A stretch of DNA of 63,903 nt, filler included, from Raillietiella orientalis (taxonomy: Eukaryota): the NCBI GenBank assembly GCA_036172245.1. It is 3 parts of 3 records of this genome, joined end to end, with 100 filler letters (N's around TTAATTAATTAA, not from the genome) between each part and the next. Parts side by side here need not be neighbours in the genome. Positions count along the whole stretch, not along the records: positions 22,344 to 44,208 come from JAYWIR010000231.1; positions 44,309 to 63,903 come from JAYWIR010000236.1; 1 more part is not named here. One strand, 5' to 3'. Of this stretch, positions 40,356 to 51,300 are shown one piece after another. The notes beneath the pieces were generated by a model that saw only the letters and a program-made list of their open reading frames with translations, was not told where the DNA came from and did not search any database. The position numbers and the translations under genes are program-made. Each line of letters begins with the position of its first letter. Within the stretch, counting starts at the first letter, position 1.

Positions 40356-41729
40356 AAGTTTTTCTTACAAAACTAAAACTACACAGAATATAAAAGAAGT
40401 AAATCTAATAAAAACATCTACAATACTGAGATCCCCCATACGAAATTCTATTATAGATGGCGATTTATGATAGAACTTCGGACGAAATGCAATTATGGTA
40501 GCAATTATTTTATAATAAAATATCAATATGCACAAGTACGTTTACATATTCTCTAATTGATTGCCAAGAGTACATAATAAAGACAGATCACTCTATGTGT
40601 CTGCAATACACATTTCAAAGGGCTTTTAATTTTATTTATAGAAATTGCCGAATTCCTTCTATTCAATCACTAATAATTGCACAATTGCTTTATGAACTTC
40701 CAAATACTAGTCTTATAGTTCCAAAATGCAAAACAACCAAAACTTGTTCCATCTCTTTGGAAGACAAGCGACACCTTCTCCACCTAAAGATCCCAATTGC
40801 TTACCAACATCAACAACCGACATACTTTGAAATTATCTCCAGGGTGAGCCAACAAGTACAACATTTACAGTCATTATGGCTGAATTTGCGCTGAGGAAAT
40901 TTAGCAAAAAGGGTGATTTGCGCGTTAAGGCGCCAGGATTGCTGCTTCGATGAACATTTTTTGGGTACTTTTTTAATCTTACTTTCATATTTCGAAATTG
41001 CCACGGTGAGTATTGCTCCAGAAAATGTGATCATCCATGGCTTGAGCGCTGCTAAAGGCTTTGCAGAAGATGAATCCTCTGGTGATCACGTCCCTGGGTT
41101 TTCGGTAGGGACCGCTGCAGCCTTGGGCAATCAAACGAGCGAAATGGATGCTGGTCGATCAAAGAGCGGGGAGTACCAGAAGATGCTAAGACGATGCATC
41201 GGCAGGCTCAGTTATCATGAAAGACCGCTTACTGAATGAAGGTCTTGAAAATCACTCAGTGTTTCAAAGAGCTGAAGAGATTGGCAAAATCCGATACTTG
41301 AGATTGTTGCTAATCATCCTAGTAAGGAAAAATACTGCTACCGGACTAAGGAAAAGCTGGAAAAAGGTCCAGAAATATGGTTAGAACAAGCTAAAGAGTG
41401 TAAAGGTTCTCGGTGGGATGATCGGCTGTTATGGATGCAAAAGCATCAACTTCTTCAGATGCGACGAAACGACGAGTTTTAAACAAATTTTTGTAATATC
41501 TTGTTTGTGATTTTACATCAATCAAATATCATTGTATCAAGAGATTCGAGAGAGTCAAAATTGTGAGCTGTAGGGTTTCGTATGAAACGTTTCCTTCGTT
41601 GAAAAATAGATACAGTTTAGAAATACATCGAAATTTTGATCAATGTGCTGATTGCTGATTGTAAGGAAAAATAGATTTGTCAAAGATTCATTTATATGGT
41701 GATGTTAGATTGATTGCCAAGAATTGGTC

Positions 41730-41885
41730 ATTAGACACTAAATCTTACCACCCTGCTATTATTTCTTTTACGAGAGATCAGGAAGGAACAATCGCAGCTG
41801 CGCAGACCATTCTTTTAGACGCAAAACCCGCGGATAAACATAAAAATCTAGAAGTTACAAAAACAACTTTTCGTTCTCGAAGGCA
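41730..41885 (+). pseudogene. Conjugative TraA-like primase-associated region fragment
   Basis: YHPAIISFTRDQEGTI.AAQTILLD....K......KTTF resembles the C-terminal region of rickettsial TraA proteins (from recall, not searched). Confidence 0.5.
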
Positions 41886-41934
41886 AGCCTTGTACAACTG
41901 ACGAAGAATGAGCATTCTGAAGTCATAATTATAG

Positions 41935-42245
41935 CGGGCGCTGCAAACATCTATGTGAGCTTGATTTCGTCAAATGAAGGAATGGTCTCCTGAATACATC
42001 ATCCAAAGGTAGTTCTGTAATTTTCCTGAAAGCAACTATTGCCTCCTCTTCAGCTTCAGAAAGTACTGTGGATTTGATCTTTTTCGGCCCCATCCAAAGA
42101 TCTTTTGTGTCTTCTCTTTTTTCACATTTCGTAACGGTTTTTGGGTTAACATGAAATCTTTTTGCTGTTTTTATCGTGCTCTCTTTACAATTACGTATCT
42201 CTCTACGCATTGCCTCTGTTGTTCTGGCATTAGCATGCAGTACTC
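41935..42245 (-). mobile_element. IS481-family transposase N-terminal fragment
   Basis: LHANARTTEAMRREI...AKRFHVNPKTV.K..KR....MGPK...STVLS.AEE.AIVAFRK.T.LPLDD...SS.HRCLQR. Confidence 0.85.
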
Positions 42246-42829
42246 GTCCCGCAGACTTTTCATCCATGAATTGCTACAAAATTCGTCTAAATAGTCAAAC
42301 CAATCTGTTTCTATGACAGAATAGCAGCGGCCAGTTAGTGCAAACTAAAGAGTAATGAGCAGCATATCCTAACTGAAATGAACCTCCGATTGCTTTTTGT
42401 GCTTAGCACATCTACCTTTTAACATACTAATCGCCCTCTGTGTTATTCTCCTCGGGTCAAAAATCCACCCAGTCTTATGTGCATTAATTGTTTGCAGATG
42501 ATTTATTGGAGCAAAAAATTGAAAGCAGAAAATGGTTTCAGAATCCTATCATGGCTTGGAAAAAACAGATATCATATTGTTCAGAATCTAAAATTAAGAG
42601 AGCTATTTGCTTTTTGGAAAGCATGGTTTCATTATCTCACGCAAAATGTCTGTCGAGAAATGCAAAAACACTAAATGGTATTACGTAGTTGAAGAGGAAG
42701 TAATCTCTTTTTTTAGAGAAATACATTACAGCAACAATATATCGTCTAGAAACGTAATAAATGCATCAATTTTCCAGCATCAAGAAGCGGAAATATAACT
42801 GCAGGTAGTGAAGGCATAACAAATTCGTT

Positions 42830-43195
42830 AACTTCGTGCTGCCCGTTGATTACCAGCGCCTGACGGGCTGAAACTATGGCGCGAACGTAACCGACGGTAG
42901 CAATCCTTTGGCTTGTAGACAGCCCGATAGGCGTAAAGAACCGTTGCAGAAGGTATCTTGCGGTATCCTCCGGGTGCGATGGTGCTGTTGCCAGCCTCCG
43001 CCAGGGTCACCTTGTGGGACACCGCAGTCCAGAAGCAAGTCCCCCCGGAAACACGATGCCATCGCTCGTTACACTGAAAACGCCAGTGAACGAAGAGCCA
43101 CACGGCTTGTTTCCAAGCAAGGGGGAGCAGCGAACTGTCCACACACTGTGAAGGGACTACAAGTAATTCGGGGGTGACTCTAGGTTCTTCTCCCC
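42830..43195 (-). mobile_element. Family D-like ORF2 C-terminal fragment
   Basis: LPLAWKQAVWLFVHW..NERWHRVSGG; similar to 9080-9260 and 26640-26830. Confidence 0.75.
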
Positions 43196-43199
43196 ACCT

Positions 43200-43921
43200 C
43201 ACCCAGCGACGGAAAGAATTTCGCGCAGGCGGCGGAGGAAGTGTCGGCCAGCTTCAAGCAGCCCCTCAAGGCTGTCAAGAAGGCGGTGAGGCGGCCGGCG
43301 GAAGCCAAAGGCCCGGAAACACCCGAGTCCGAAGCGGAAGCCGGAAGCGCTCCCTCCATTGCCCTCCCGAAAAGGAAGGCGGGGCGGAAGTCCCAGAACT
43401 CTGGGCGCGTCGTTCCCCCTCAGGTGGAGGAGGAAATGCCCTCAGAGAACGAGGAGGCAATGTCCGCGAGGTCACGCGACTCCTCGGTTGAAAAAAGGGC
43501 CTCGCCAGAGGATACTGGTGTACAACGTCCAGGAACCGACGAGACACCTTTAGCCGAAGCGATGCCCGCCGACCAGGACAACGACCATCCGCCTCCCGAA
43601 CAGGAGACGGCAACAAAATCGCCACCACCATCAACAGAGTGATGCGTGGAATCGCCACTTGCCGGCACTTACGCATAGCCTGTTGGAATGTCAACGGGCT
43701 GCGTGACCAAGGCAAGAGGCGCGGCGTGGCCGACACCCTGCGACCTTTCGACCTGGCTCTTCTCCAGGAGACGCACGCGCTCAGAGGAGAGGACGTCCAG
43801 GAGATCGAGAGGATCACAGGGGGGAGGCTACTTTACCGATTAGTCGGGAATCACTCCCGTGGAGTGGCCTTCCTGCTGAAGCCAGCCGTCGAAAATGCGC
43901 TGCGCAACGTACAGTTCGACG
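43200..43921 (+). mobile_element. Tx1-like host fragment: ORF1 tail + EN start, cut at the QFD motif
   Basis: KAVKKAVRRPA ORF1 tail; TGATG overlap 43640-43644; LRIACWNVNG..LLQETH..NVQFD. Confidence 0.88.
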
Positions 43922-44208
43922 TTTTCACCCGGTCAAGCCGGGGCGTTTATGAAAAAAAACTAACAGTCTTCGCAGTACAAGGCCCCGCTGCGGCCAATAG
44001 TTCTCTGGAGATGTCGGGTGGTCGGTGCTTAGACCTACTTGACACTCCACGGCAACGGATGGGATTGGGGGAAAAAACAAAAAGAAAAATTAAACAAAAA
44101 GTACAAACACTTGTCAATTGGAGGGCCGGGAAGGGATCACTGCCCGTTACGTGGAGCTTCCATCCTTTGCAGGATGCCGACGAGGTCCTGGTACTGATTT
44201 CCCAGTTG
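43922..44208 (-). mobile_element. 3' end of an element inserted at the EN QFD site (inferred family C)
   Basis: Hairpin terminus 43922-43950; ORF2-end sequence similar to 46516-46580; runs into the gap. Confidence 0.8.
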
Positions 44209-44308
44209 NNNNNNNNNNNNNNNNNNNNNNNNNNNNNNNNNNNNNNNNNNNNTTAATTAATTAANNNNNNNNNNNNNNNNNNNNNNNNNNNNNNNNNNNN
44301 NNNNNNNN
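44209..44308. other. Assembly gap with artificial TTAATTAATTAA spacer
   Basis: 44 N + TTAATTAATTAA + 44 N. Confidence 0.98.
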
Positions 44309-44368
44309 CAGGTACCGCAATTGTAGAGTTTTTTATAAATAAACTCCCCTGGCGTACCCGGGTGGCAA
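44309..44368 (+). mobile_element. 3' terminus of a family B-type element inserted at a GFG site
   Basis: AATAAACTCCCCTGGCGTACCCGGGTGGCAA followed by the reverse complement of host LPWGFG. Confidence 0.75.
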
Positions 44369-46298
44369 CGCCGAATCCCCAGGGCAGACGTTGCACAGGG
44401 AACTGTTCGCAGAACTCCCGGACCAAGTCCTTAAATAGGACCCAATACGCGAGAATATGGAGGCTGACGCCTCGCAGGAATTCGCGAAGATGTTCTTTCG
44501 CTCCTTACAGGCGCGTCCAGTCCCCTGGCATACGCCAATCCCTGGATGGCGGTCCCTTGTAGCGCGGGCGCAACTCGAAAACTAACCGGGAATGGTCCGA
44601 CAGCGTCGATCCAAGTGTCCCTCGTTTTCCGACCCGTGTGCACAGGTATTCGTCGAGGAAGACGTGGTGCAGGCTGCTGACCATCCCGCTCATTTCTGTC
44701 AACCAGTTGCGCGCGCGCATGGCGGCGCACAACTCGTTGATCGCGTTAATCTGTGCTCCGGGCTGATCTGCGAGCAGACGGACGTTGAAATCCCTGCTAT
44801 CAGATGCGCCTTTCGCACGTCCGCGTCCACCAGCCATTCGCGCTTCAAGGTTTCCAGTAACGCGTTGCGCTGCTGGTATCCCTGTTTACCGCTAGGAGCG
44901 TACACATTGGTGACGATGAGGTCGATCGATTCGGACGATCTGAGAATCAGTTGGCCGATCCGTCCGTCGTCCCCAAATCGCACGTCCTTGGTTTCGGCGA
45001 GTTTGTCGTCCGGATGACCCTCTTCCCAAGCAGGGGGTGGGTTTTCACGCGCATTCGTCGCGGCAGGAAAATCGATCGAAGGCGTATCGCCTCCGCTGGT
45101 GTTGGCGGGAACGTCAATGTGCTCCAGCGTAACCGTACATTCTCGGAGAGTTTTTATGCGCGACACGGATTGAGCTTTTGTTCCGGCCGCCATCTCCACT
45201 CGTTTCTTCGAGACATGCTTGTCCTTTTTCTCTTTTTTGGCTTTGACTAGCTGCCAGCCCTGTTCTCCCTCTGCGGTTTCGGGAAGATTTTTCTCCGATG
45301 CCGCGCTTGGAGCTTGGGATATTGGCAGCTTTTCTGAGCCAGTTTCCCGGTTTTCCAATTTTTCTTTCCCCGCGGGTTTCCCTTGCGCTTTTTTGGCGGC
45401 CGAGGGAATCGGGGTGCGGCGTTTAGAACACACACGACGGACGTGTCCCTTCTCTGCGCACAAGTGGCATACGATGTTTGGGCACTTTTCTCGGATGTGT
45501 CCGACCGCATCGCAGTAACCGCAATACCGTGGCTCTCCCGCATACCAGAGGTCTACCGATTCTCCCGCGACCTCAAGTTTGTGGGGAAGCTCCGCTTCGT
45601 CTTTTGGTGTTACACGTGCCGCGGCGAGGCCCTTGAAGTGGCATCCGTAGCCCTCATATATTGTAGGCTTCGGCCACAGCGCGTGTACGTCCCCGTATTT
45701 ACTTAATTCCTCTTTCACGGCAGAGCGCGTCATGCGCTTAGATATTCCCGTCAAGTGGACCACTACCGAGTTGTCCATTGGGAAGATCTTACGGCCGTTC
45801 ATGATCAGCGGGGTATTTATTAGGCGATCGGCTAGGCTGATGCTCTTGCACACCAGCTCAAACCGCTGCGCCCCGCTGAGCACGCACAGACCGTCCAGAT
45901 CTTCCTCACGGACATTAGCATTTTGTAGCGCTCTGCTGAAAGAGCGCGCCGTGTTTCCTTCAAACAAAGGGCCTACCTTGTATACAAACGATGGCTTGTA
46001 TTCAGGGGCCCGATAGGCGGCTTTCTCGGTAATGTCCTCCGCACTGGAGGCGACGACCATTTCACTCCAAGTCTTCTTTGGCTGCGAAGACGTTCCAGGA
46101 ACCCATAGTTGCCCCCATAGATGTAGGTCCTGTGGTAGGACTTGCCTTCCCCACAACCACATCCATCGCGGTGTCCTCTGGCAAGGCTGCCATCAAACAC
46201 CGACGACCCACACTTAACACCTGACTACACTAAATAAACTCCGGTTTCTTCCCACACAGGCGCTGGCGGAGCGACCAAAAAACACGTCCACCCATACC
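44369..46298 (-). mobile_element. Family B element, 5' part with an internal deletion (ORF1 fused to mid-EN)
   Basis: CGYCDAVGHIREKC and CHLCAEKGHVRRVC knuckles; EN NVYAPSG and SDH; 5' GGACGTG at 46289-46283. Confidence 0.9.
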
Positions 46299-46310
46299 GG
46301 GTTTCGGCGA

Positions 46311-47515
46311 TTCCACCCGGATACGCCGGGACGTTTATTAAAAACATTTCAACGGTCAATACAGAACGTGGTACAAGGCCCCACTGACGACCACGGAATG
46401 CCGGAACTGCCGGGACACCGGGACGCAGCCCTGTGTGGCTCTCTTCAACAGTGGAGGGGGATGGGGGAAAAAACAAGAATAAAATAAAATAGAAAAACAA
46501 ACCACAAAAAAAAGTTTGGAGGGCCGGGAAGGGATCACAGAAAACTGCTGGGAGCGCCCATCCTTTGCAGGATGCCTTCTAGTTCCATTTTCAGCTTTCC
46601 TAGATGGGGCCATCCGGTAGCTTTCTGCAGGAAGCGCGAAGCATACTCGATGACGTCCCTCACGATGCAGTCTTCATCTTCGCCATCACTCCAAGCCGCC
46701 ACGATACCACGAATGCAGCAAAGTGCTGCCAGGGCTGCGGCTGGACTGAGGGCGTCCCGCACGAAGACAAGACTGAAGATACATTCAACATTGCCACCAT
46801 CCGGTATCCGGAGGGCCGTTTTCAGACGATCCCAAAGAATCTGGACGGCAGGGCATTCAAATAAGAGGTGGGGGAGCGACTCTCGCTCCCCACACCTGGC
46901 ACACGCAGGATTTACTCTTCCCCGCGTCCAGTGGAAGCGGCGCGCGTTAAAGGGTAGACCCCAATGCAGCCACAGAAGCGCCGATTCTTGCGACTCCAGG
47001 GGGAGAATCCTGGATCCAAGTAGAACCGGGGGCCACTTCAGGTCATCCAATCGAATGCCGAGCAGCTCGCCCCATCTTCTTAATCCACGCGGCTGGAGAC
47101 TAGGGGTCGTTGCATCCGTCAACTCTCCCATGGTCCAGCCGCTCATCATCTTCTCTCTGCCTGCGATACGGCAGCGGACTTGCCATTTTGGCTTCCGGCT
47201 TCCGTGAAGCGTTCTTTGGAGGAAGGGCATCGCCGTAACAAGGGGTGTGCCTTCCGCCTACGTGCAACTCTCTGGAAATTCAAGAATTTCACGGAGAGTG
47301 CGGCGGGCGAATAAGCCGACTCGCAGGCAGTTCATGCGGTCTTCGCACCTTTAGTTCTGCTTAGTCCAGGTGCAAGCAGTCTTTTCCAGCCAAGGGGAGG
47401 AGTTGGCAGGGCCACTAACCATCCAGTCGTTCTCCTTTGCCAGGGTTGCCATGCGGCCGAGCATTAGACCGCATCTTCGAATCTTCCGGCCAGGGCACAG
47501 AAGAAACGATGCGAA
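46311..47515 (-). mobile_element. 5'-truncated family B insertion with perfect 12-bp TSD
   Basis: CARCGERESLPHLLFEC (46535-47230); hairpin terminus; GGGTTTCGGCGA at 46299-46310 and 47516-47527. Confidence 0.92.
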
Positions 47516-48353
47516 GGGTTTCGGCGAGGGTGTCAGGAACGAGCGGGCGTACCTCCTGGCGCGCGGTTATTCCCAGCGTCCCGACGTCCGTCGCCTGGCT
47601 GAATTCAAGGCTGAGGCGGAGAAGCAGGCCTGGCAGTCAGGCTCGGCCTGCCTGTTGGATTATCAGGGCCAAGAACGCGTACGCCCAGCCCAGGTAAGCC
47701 GAATCGTGCGGGAGTTTTATTCCTCCTTGTACGCGCCACTAACACCTGAGCGCCATTTCGCGCAGCGCCTGCTGCCGGATGGTGCTCCCGCGCTCAAGGA
47801 GGAGGACCGTTCCAGATTGGCGGAACCGTTCACGATGGCGCAGATCATCTCCGCCATCAACAGGCTCAATAAAAGGAAGGCACCAGGGGAGGACGGCCTG
47901 CCCGCGGAGTGTCACCATCGCTTCGCGCCAGAGCTGGCACCCCTAGTGCTCAGGTCAAGTGCGCTGATCCGCGAACACGGCGAAGTTCCCGCCTCGTTCC
48001 GGTCAGCAAAAGTAAGTGTCCTGCCGAAGTCAGGAGACTTACGCAACATTGGCAACTGGCGTCCCATCTCAGTAGTGAATGCGGACACAAAGTTGTATGC
48101 CAAGTTGTGGGCTGATCGTTTGGGGCGTGTGGCCGCTTCCGTGGTAAGTCCCGAGCAGACCTACGCTGTTCCCGGACGAATCATGGAGGCCAAAATGCTC
48201 CTCGCCAGCTCATGGTGGCACTTGCGACAACGCGTTGCTCAGGACGGTCAAGGGAGCCTCGCGCCCCCCTCTCACCAAGGAGATCGGGCAGAGGGTGGGA
48301 TGGACTCGGCGGGAGCCTTTGCTGTCGCTGTCGATTTGCACAACGCATTCGAT
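47516..48353 (+). mobile_element. Host ORF2 segment bounded exactly by the GFG and AFD target sites
   Basis: GFGEGVRNE...APGEDGLP...WRPISVVN...VAVDLHNAFD. Confidence 0.9.
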
Positions 48354-51300
48354 TTTCACCCGGATTTCGCCGGAGCGTTTATTGGAAAATTAACTTTTAC
48401 AAAGACGTGCGGTGGCTGGACCATTGCTCCAGCCACGCACGAAGAAACACAGAGCCTGTCAAGTCACCGGTTCCCAGACCGATACGGTCCACCACGTTAG
48501 CAGGGGGAAGGGGGGAAAACAAAAAACAAAACATAAAAGAAAAGAAAAGTTGGGAGGGTAAGGGAAGGGATCGCAGTTGCTGGTGGGGCCGTTGCATCCT
48601 TTGCAGGATGCCGGCAAGCTCCTTCTGTATTCCTGGATCCAGGTAGGGCCATCGACACGCCCTCTTCAGAAACTGGGAGGCTGGCTGAAAGGTACGTTGT
48701 CCTCCCGTAGCCTTGCTTCAAGCGGTGACGATCCCGCGTAGGCAGCTCAAAGCTGCTAACGAGCTCGCTGGCCGAAGGGCGTCGGCAACGAAGAGGGCTT
48801 TCAGTGCGTCCCTGGGGTTGCCGCAGGAAATTCCGATGGCCGCTGCAAAGCGAAACCAAAGGGGCCGAAGGGCAACACAATCCAATAGCAAGTGGGGGAG
48901 GGATTCCCGTTCCCCACACCTGACGCAATTGGGGACCACCGCTCCCCATGTCCAGTGGTGTCGGCGGGCGTTGCAGGGGAGTCCCCAGTGCTGCAACAGG
49001 AGAGCCGACTCCTGCCATTTTAAGGGAAGGGCGGAAGTGTTCATGAGCACCGGGGGCCACTTCAGATGTTCAATGGGAACATCGAGCAGCGCGTCCCAGC
49101 GCAGAAGTCCATTGGGAGGCGTACTCGGGGTCGCAGCGTCTGTTAACTGGCCTGTCATCCACTCTCCTATCGTCTTCTGCTTTCTGGAGATTGTTACTGT
49201 AACAACTCACTTCGCCACAGCATTGCTGTCCAGATCTTCCATCAGGGAGGGCAGCGCAGCAGCAAGGGGGGTTCCTCCTGCCCACGTTCTCTTCATTGGA
49301 TCCTCCAGGATCTCGCAGAGCGTTCAACTTCTGTAACCCCCAAACAGGAACCTTCGTTCCTGTTGGGAGCGTTGCATGCCGAACTGTCCCCACGTTCGAA
49401 CGGTTTCCTGCAACCAGGCCCTACCGTTAAACGGGCGACAGGTGAGCAATCCTGGGTTTTTCCGATACAGCGCAGCCACCCACCGTAGCTGGAGTCCGCA
49501 TCGGTTGAGGCGGCGACGGAGTTCAAGAAACGACGTCAGTCTCGTCTTGCCGGTGTCTTGCTGGAAAAGGAGACGTGCAGGGACGCACCAACATGTGCAC
49601 CACAACTCTGAAACGAGTGCCGACAAGCGAAACTGGAGCTGAAGCTCCAGCCGCTCCAGCGTCAGGAGGCCCAGACCACCATCCCGACGAGGAGCGCACA
49701 AGTCCTTTAAGCGGAATCGGGCCCTCCCGTTGCCCCAAATGGCGATACGGAGGAGGTCCTTTGTCCTCGTTTTAATCCTCTCTGTGGGGGGGCAAACAAA
49801 AAGCAGGGGGCAGAGGAGAGGAGCCGCTAACGTGTTCCAAACCGCGGCCCGTTCAGGCAGGAAAAACCTGCCGCCTCGGAACGGGCCGATCGCCGTCTCT
49901 ACTTTTTGAAGGCAGCCGGACCACGCTTCCGCAGGGGAGTAGTCCCCCAACTGCACACCAAGGTACTTGAAGTACCTCACCGTGGGGATCCCTAAACGGA
50001 CCCAGTCCTGCTGCCCTGTCCACGCCGCACAAACTGGCATCACGGACGACTTCGCCCTGTTCACCGTAAGTCCGGTTCCCCGATGCAGCAGGTCGAAGAA
50101 CTCCTCGACCGCCCCAGCCGGGGTAGACATAGGGAGCAGCAGCAGAAGGTCGTCCGCGTATGCTGAAACAGCCGGCGTATCGGCACAGTCGTGCGGCAGG
50201 TGCGCCAGAGTTCCCCTGTACGCTCTCAGTACCAACTCAATGTAGGTACTGAAGAGCAAGGGGCTCAGGATGTCTCCCTGCCGGATCCCACGCCGTGCAC
50301 GGTCTGCCAGCTGAAAGTAACATTGATGAGCGCGTCGCGCCAGCAGGAGCGCAGATAGGCCACTAATGAGGCCGGGAATCCCAATCGTTCCAGAAGCTCC
50401 AGAAGGAGATTCTGGTCGACGCAATCGAATGCTTTTCGCAAGTCGATTGCGACCGCAAGGGCTCTCTCCCCCTCCCGACCATCCAACCCCTTGCCGGCGC
50501 ACGCACCGGAATTCCTTCTGCGCAATAAGCTCCTTTCATGTTGGAGCTCTAGCCAGGTGGAAGCGTGGAACAGGTTCGCCTCCATGCTCCGCCTGGGAAC
50601 AGCATATGTCTGTTCCAGGCTGATGAAGATGTTGGCAACCCGTCTCAGGCGCTCTGCCCAAACCTTAGCCAGCAACTTGGCGTCCGCATTCAATATTGTG
50701 ATAAGACGCCAGTTGTTCATGCTCCTCAGATCTCCTCCCTTAGGTAGGAGCCGCACCTTTGCCGAACGAAACGAGGCGGGAACGTCACCTGTTTCGCGTA
50801 TCAGCAAGGTGAGTTGCTGTACCAGGGTGGTAAGCTCAGCGCGGAAGTTTGATAAAACTCCGCGGGCAGGCCGTCCTCCCCTGGAGCCTTTAGCCTCTTA
50901 AGCTTTCCGATGGCCGAGAGGATCTCGTCCATTGTGAGAGGCTCGTCGAGGGTCTTTCTCTGCTCCTCTCCGATCGCTGGAGCGCCTTTTGGAAGCAGGA
51001 GTCGTGAGACGTTCCTCTCCGGAGGTGCCCTGGCATACAGGGAGGAGTAGTAACTCCGCAGCAGGCCCCGGATTGGGGCAGGTGCCGAGTGCTCCTGGCC
51101 CTGATCGTCCAGTAAGCTGGCCGATCCGGACTGCCAGGCTTGCCTCTCGGCTCCCGCTTTGTATTCCGCCAGCTTGCGGATGTTGGGGGTCCTGGCGTAA
51201 CGACGGACCTGGAAGTAGGCTCGTTTGTTTCGGACCCCGGTCCCAAAACCCGTAGGTAGGCGGTGCAGAGGGAACTGGTCGCAGAACTCTCAGACCGACC

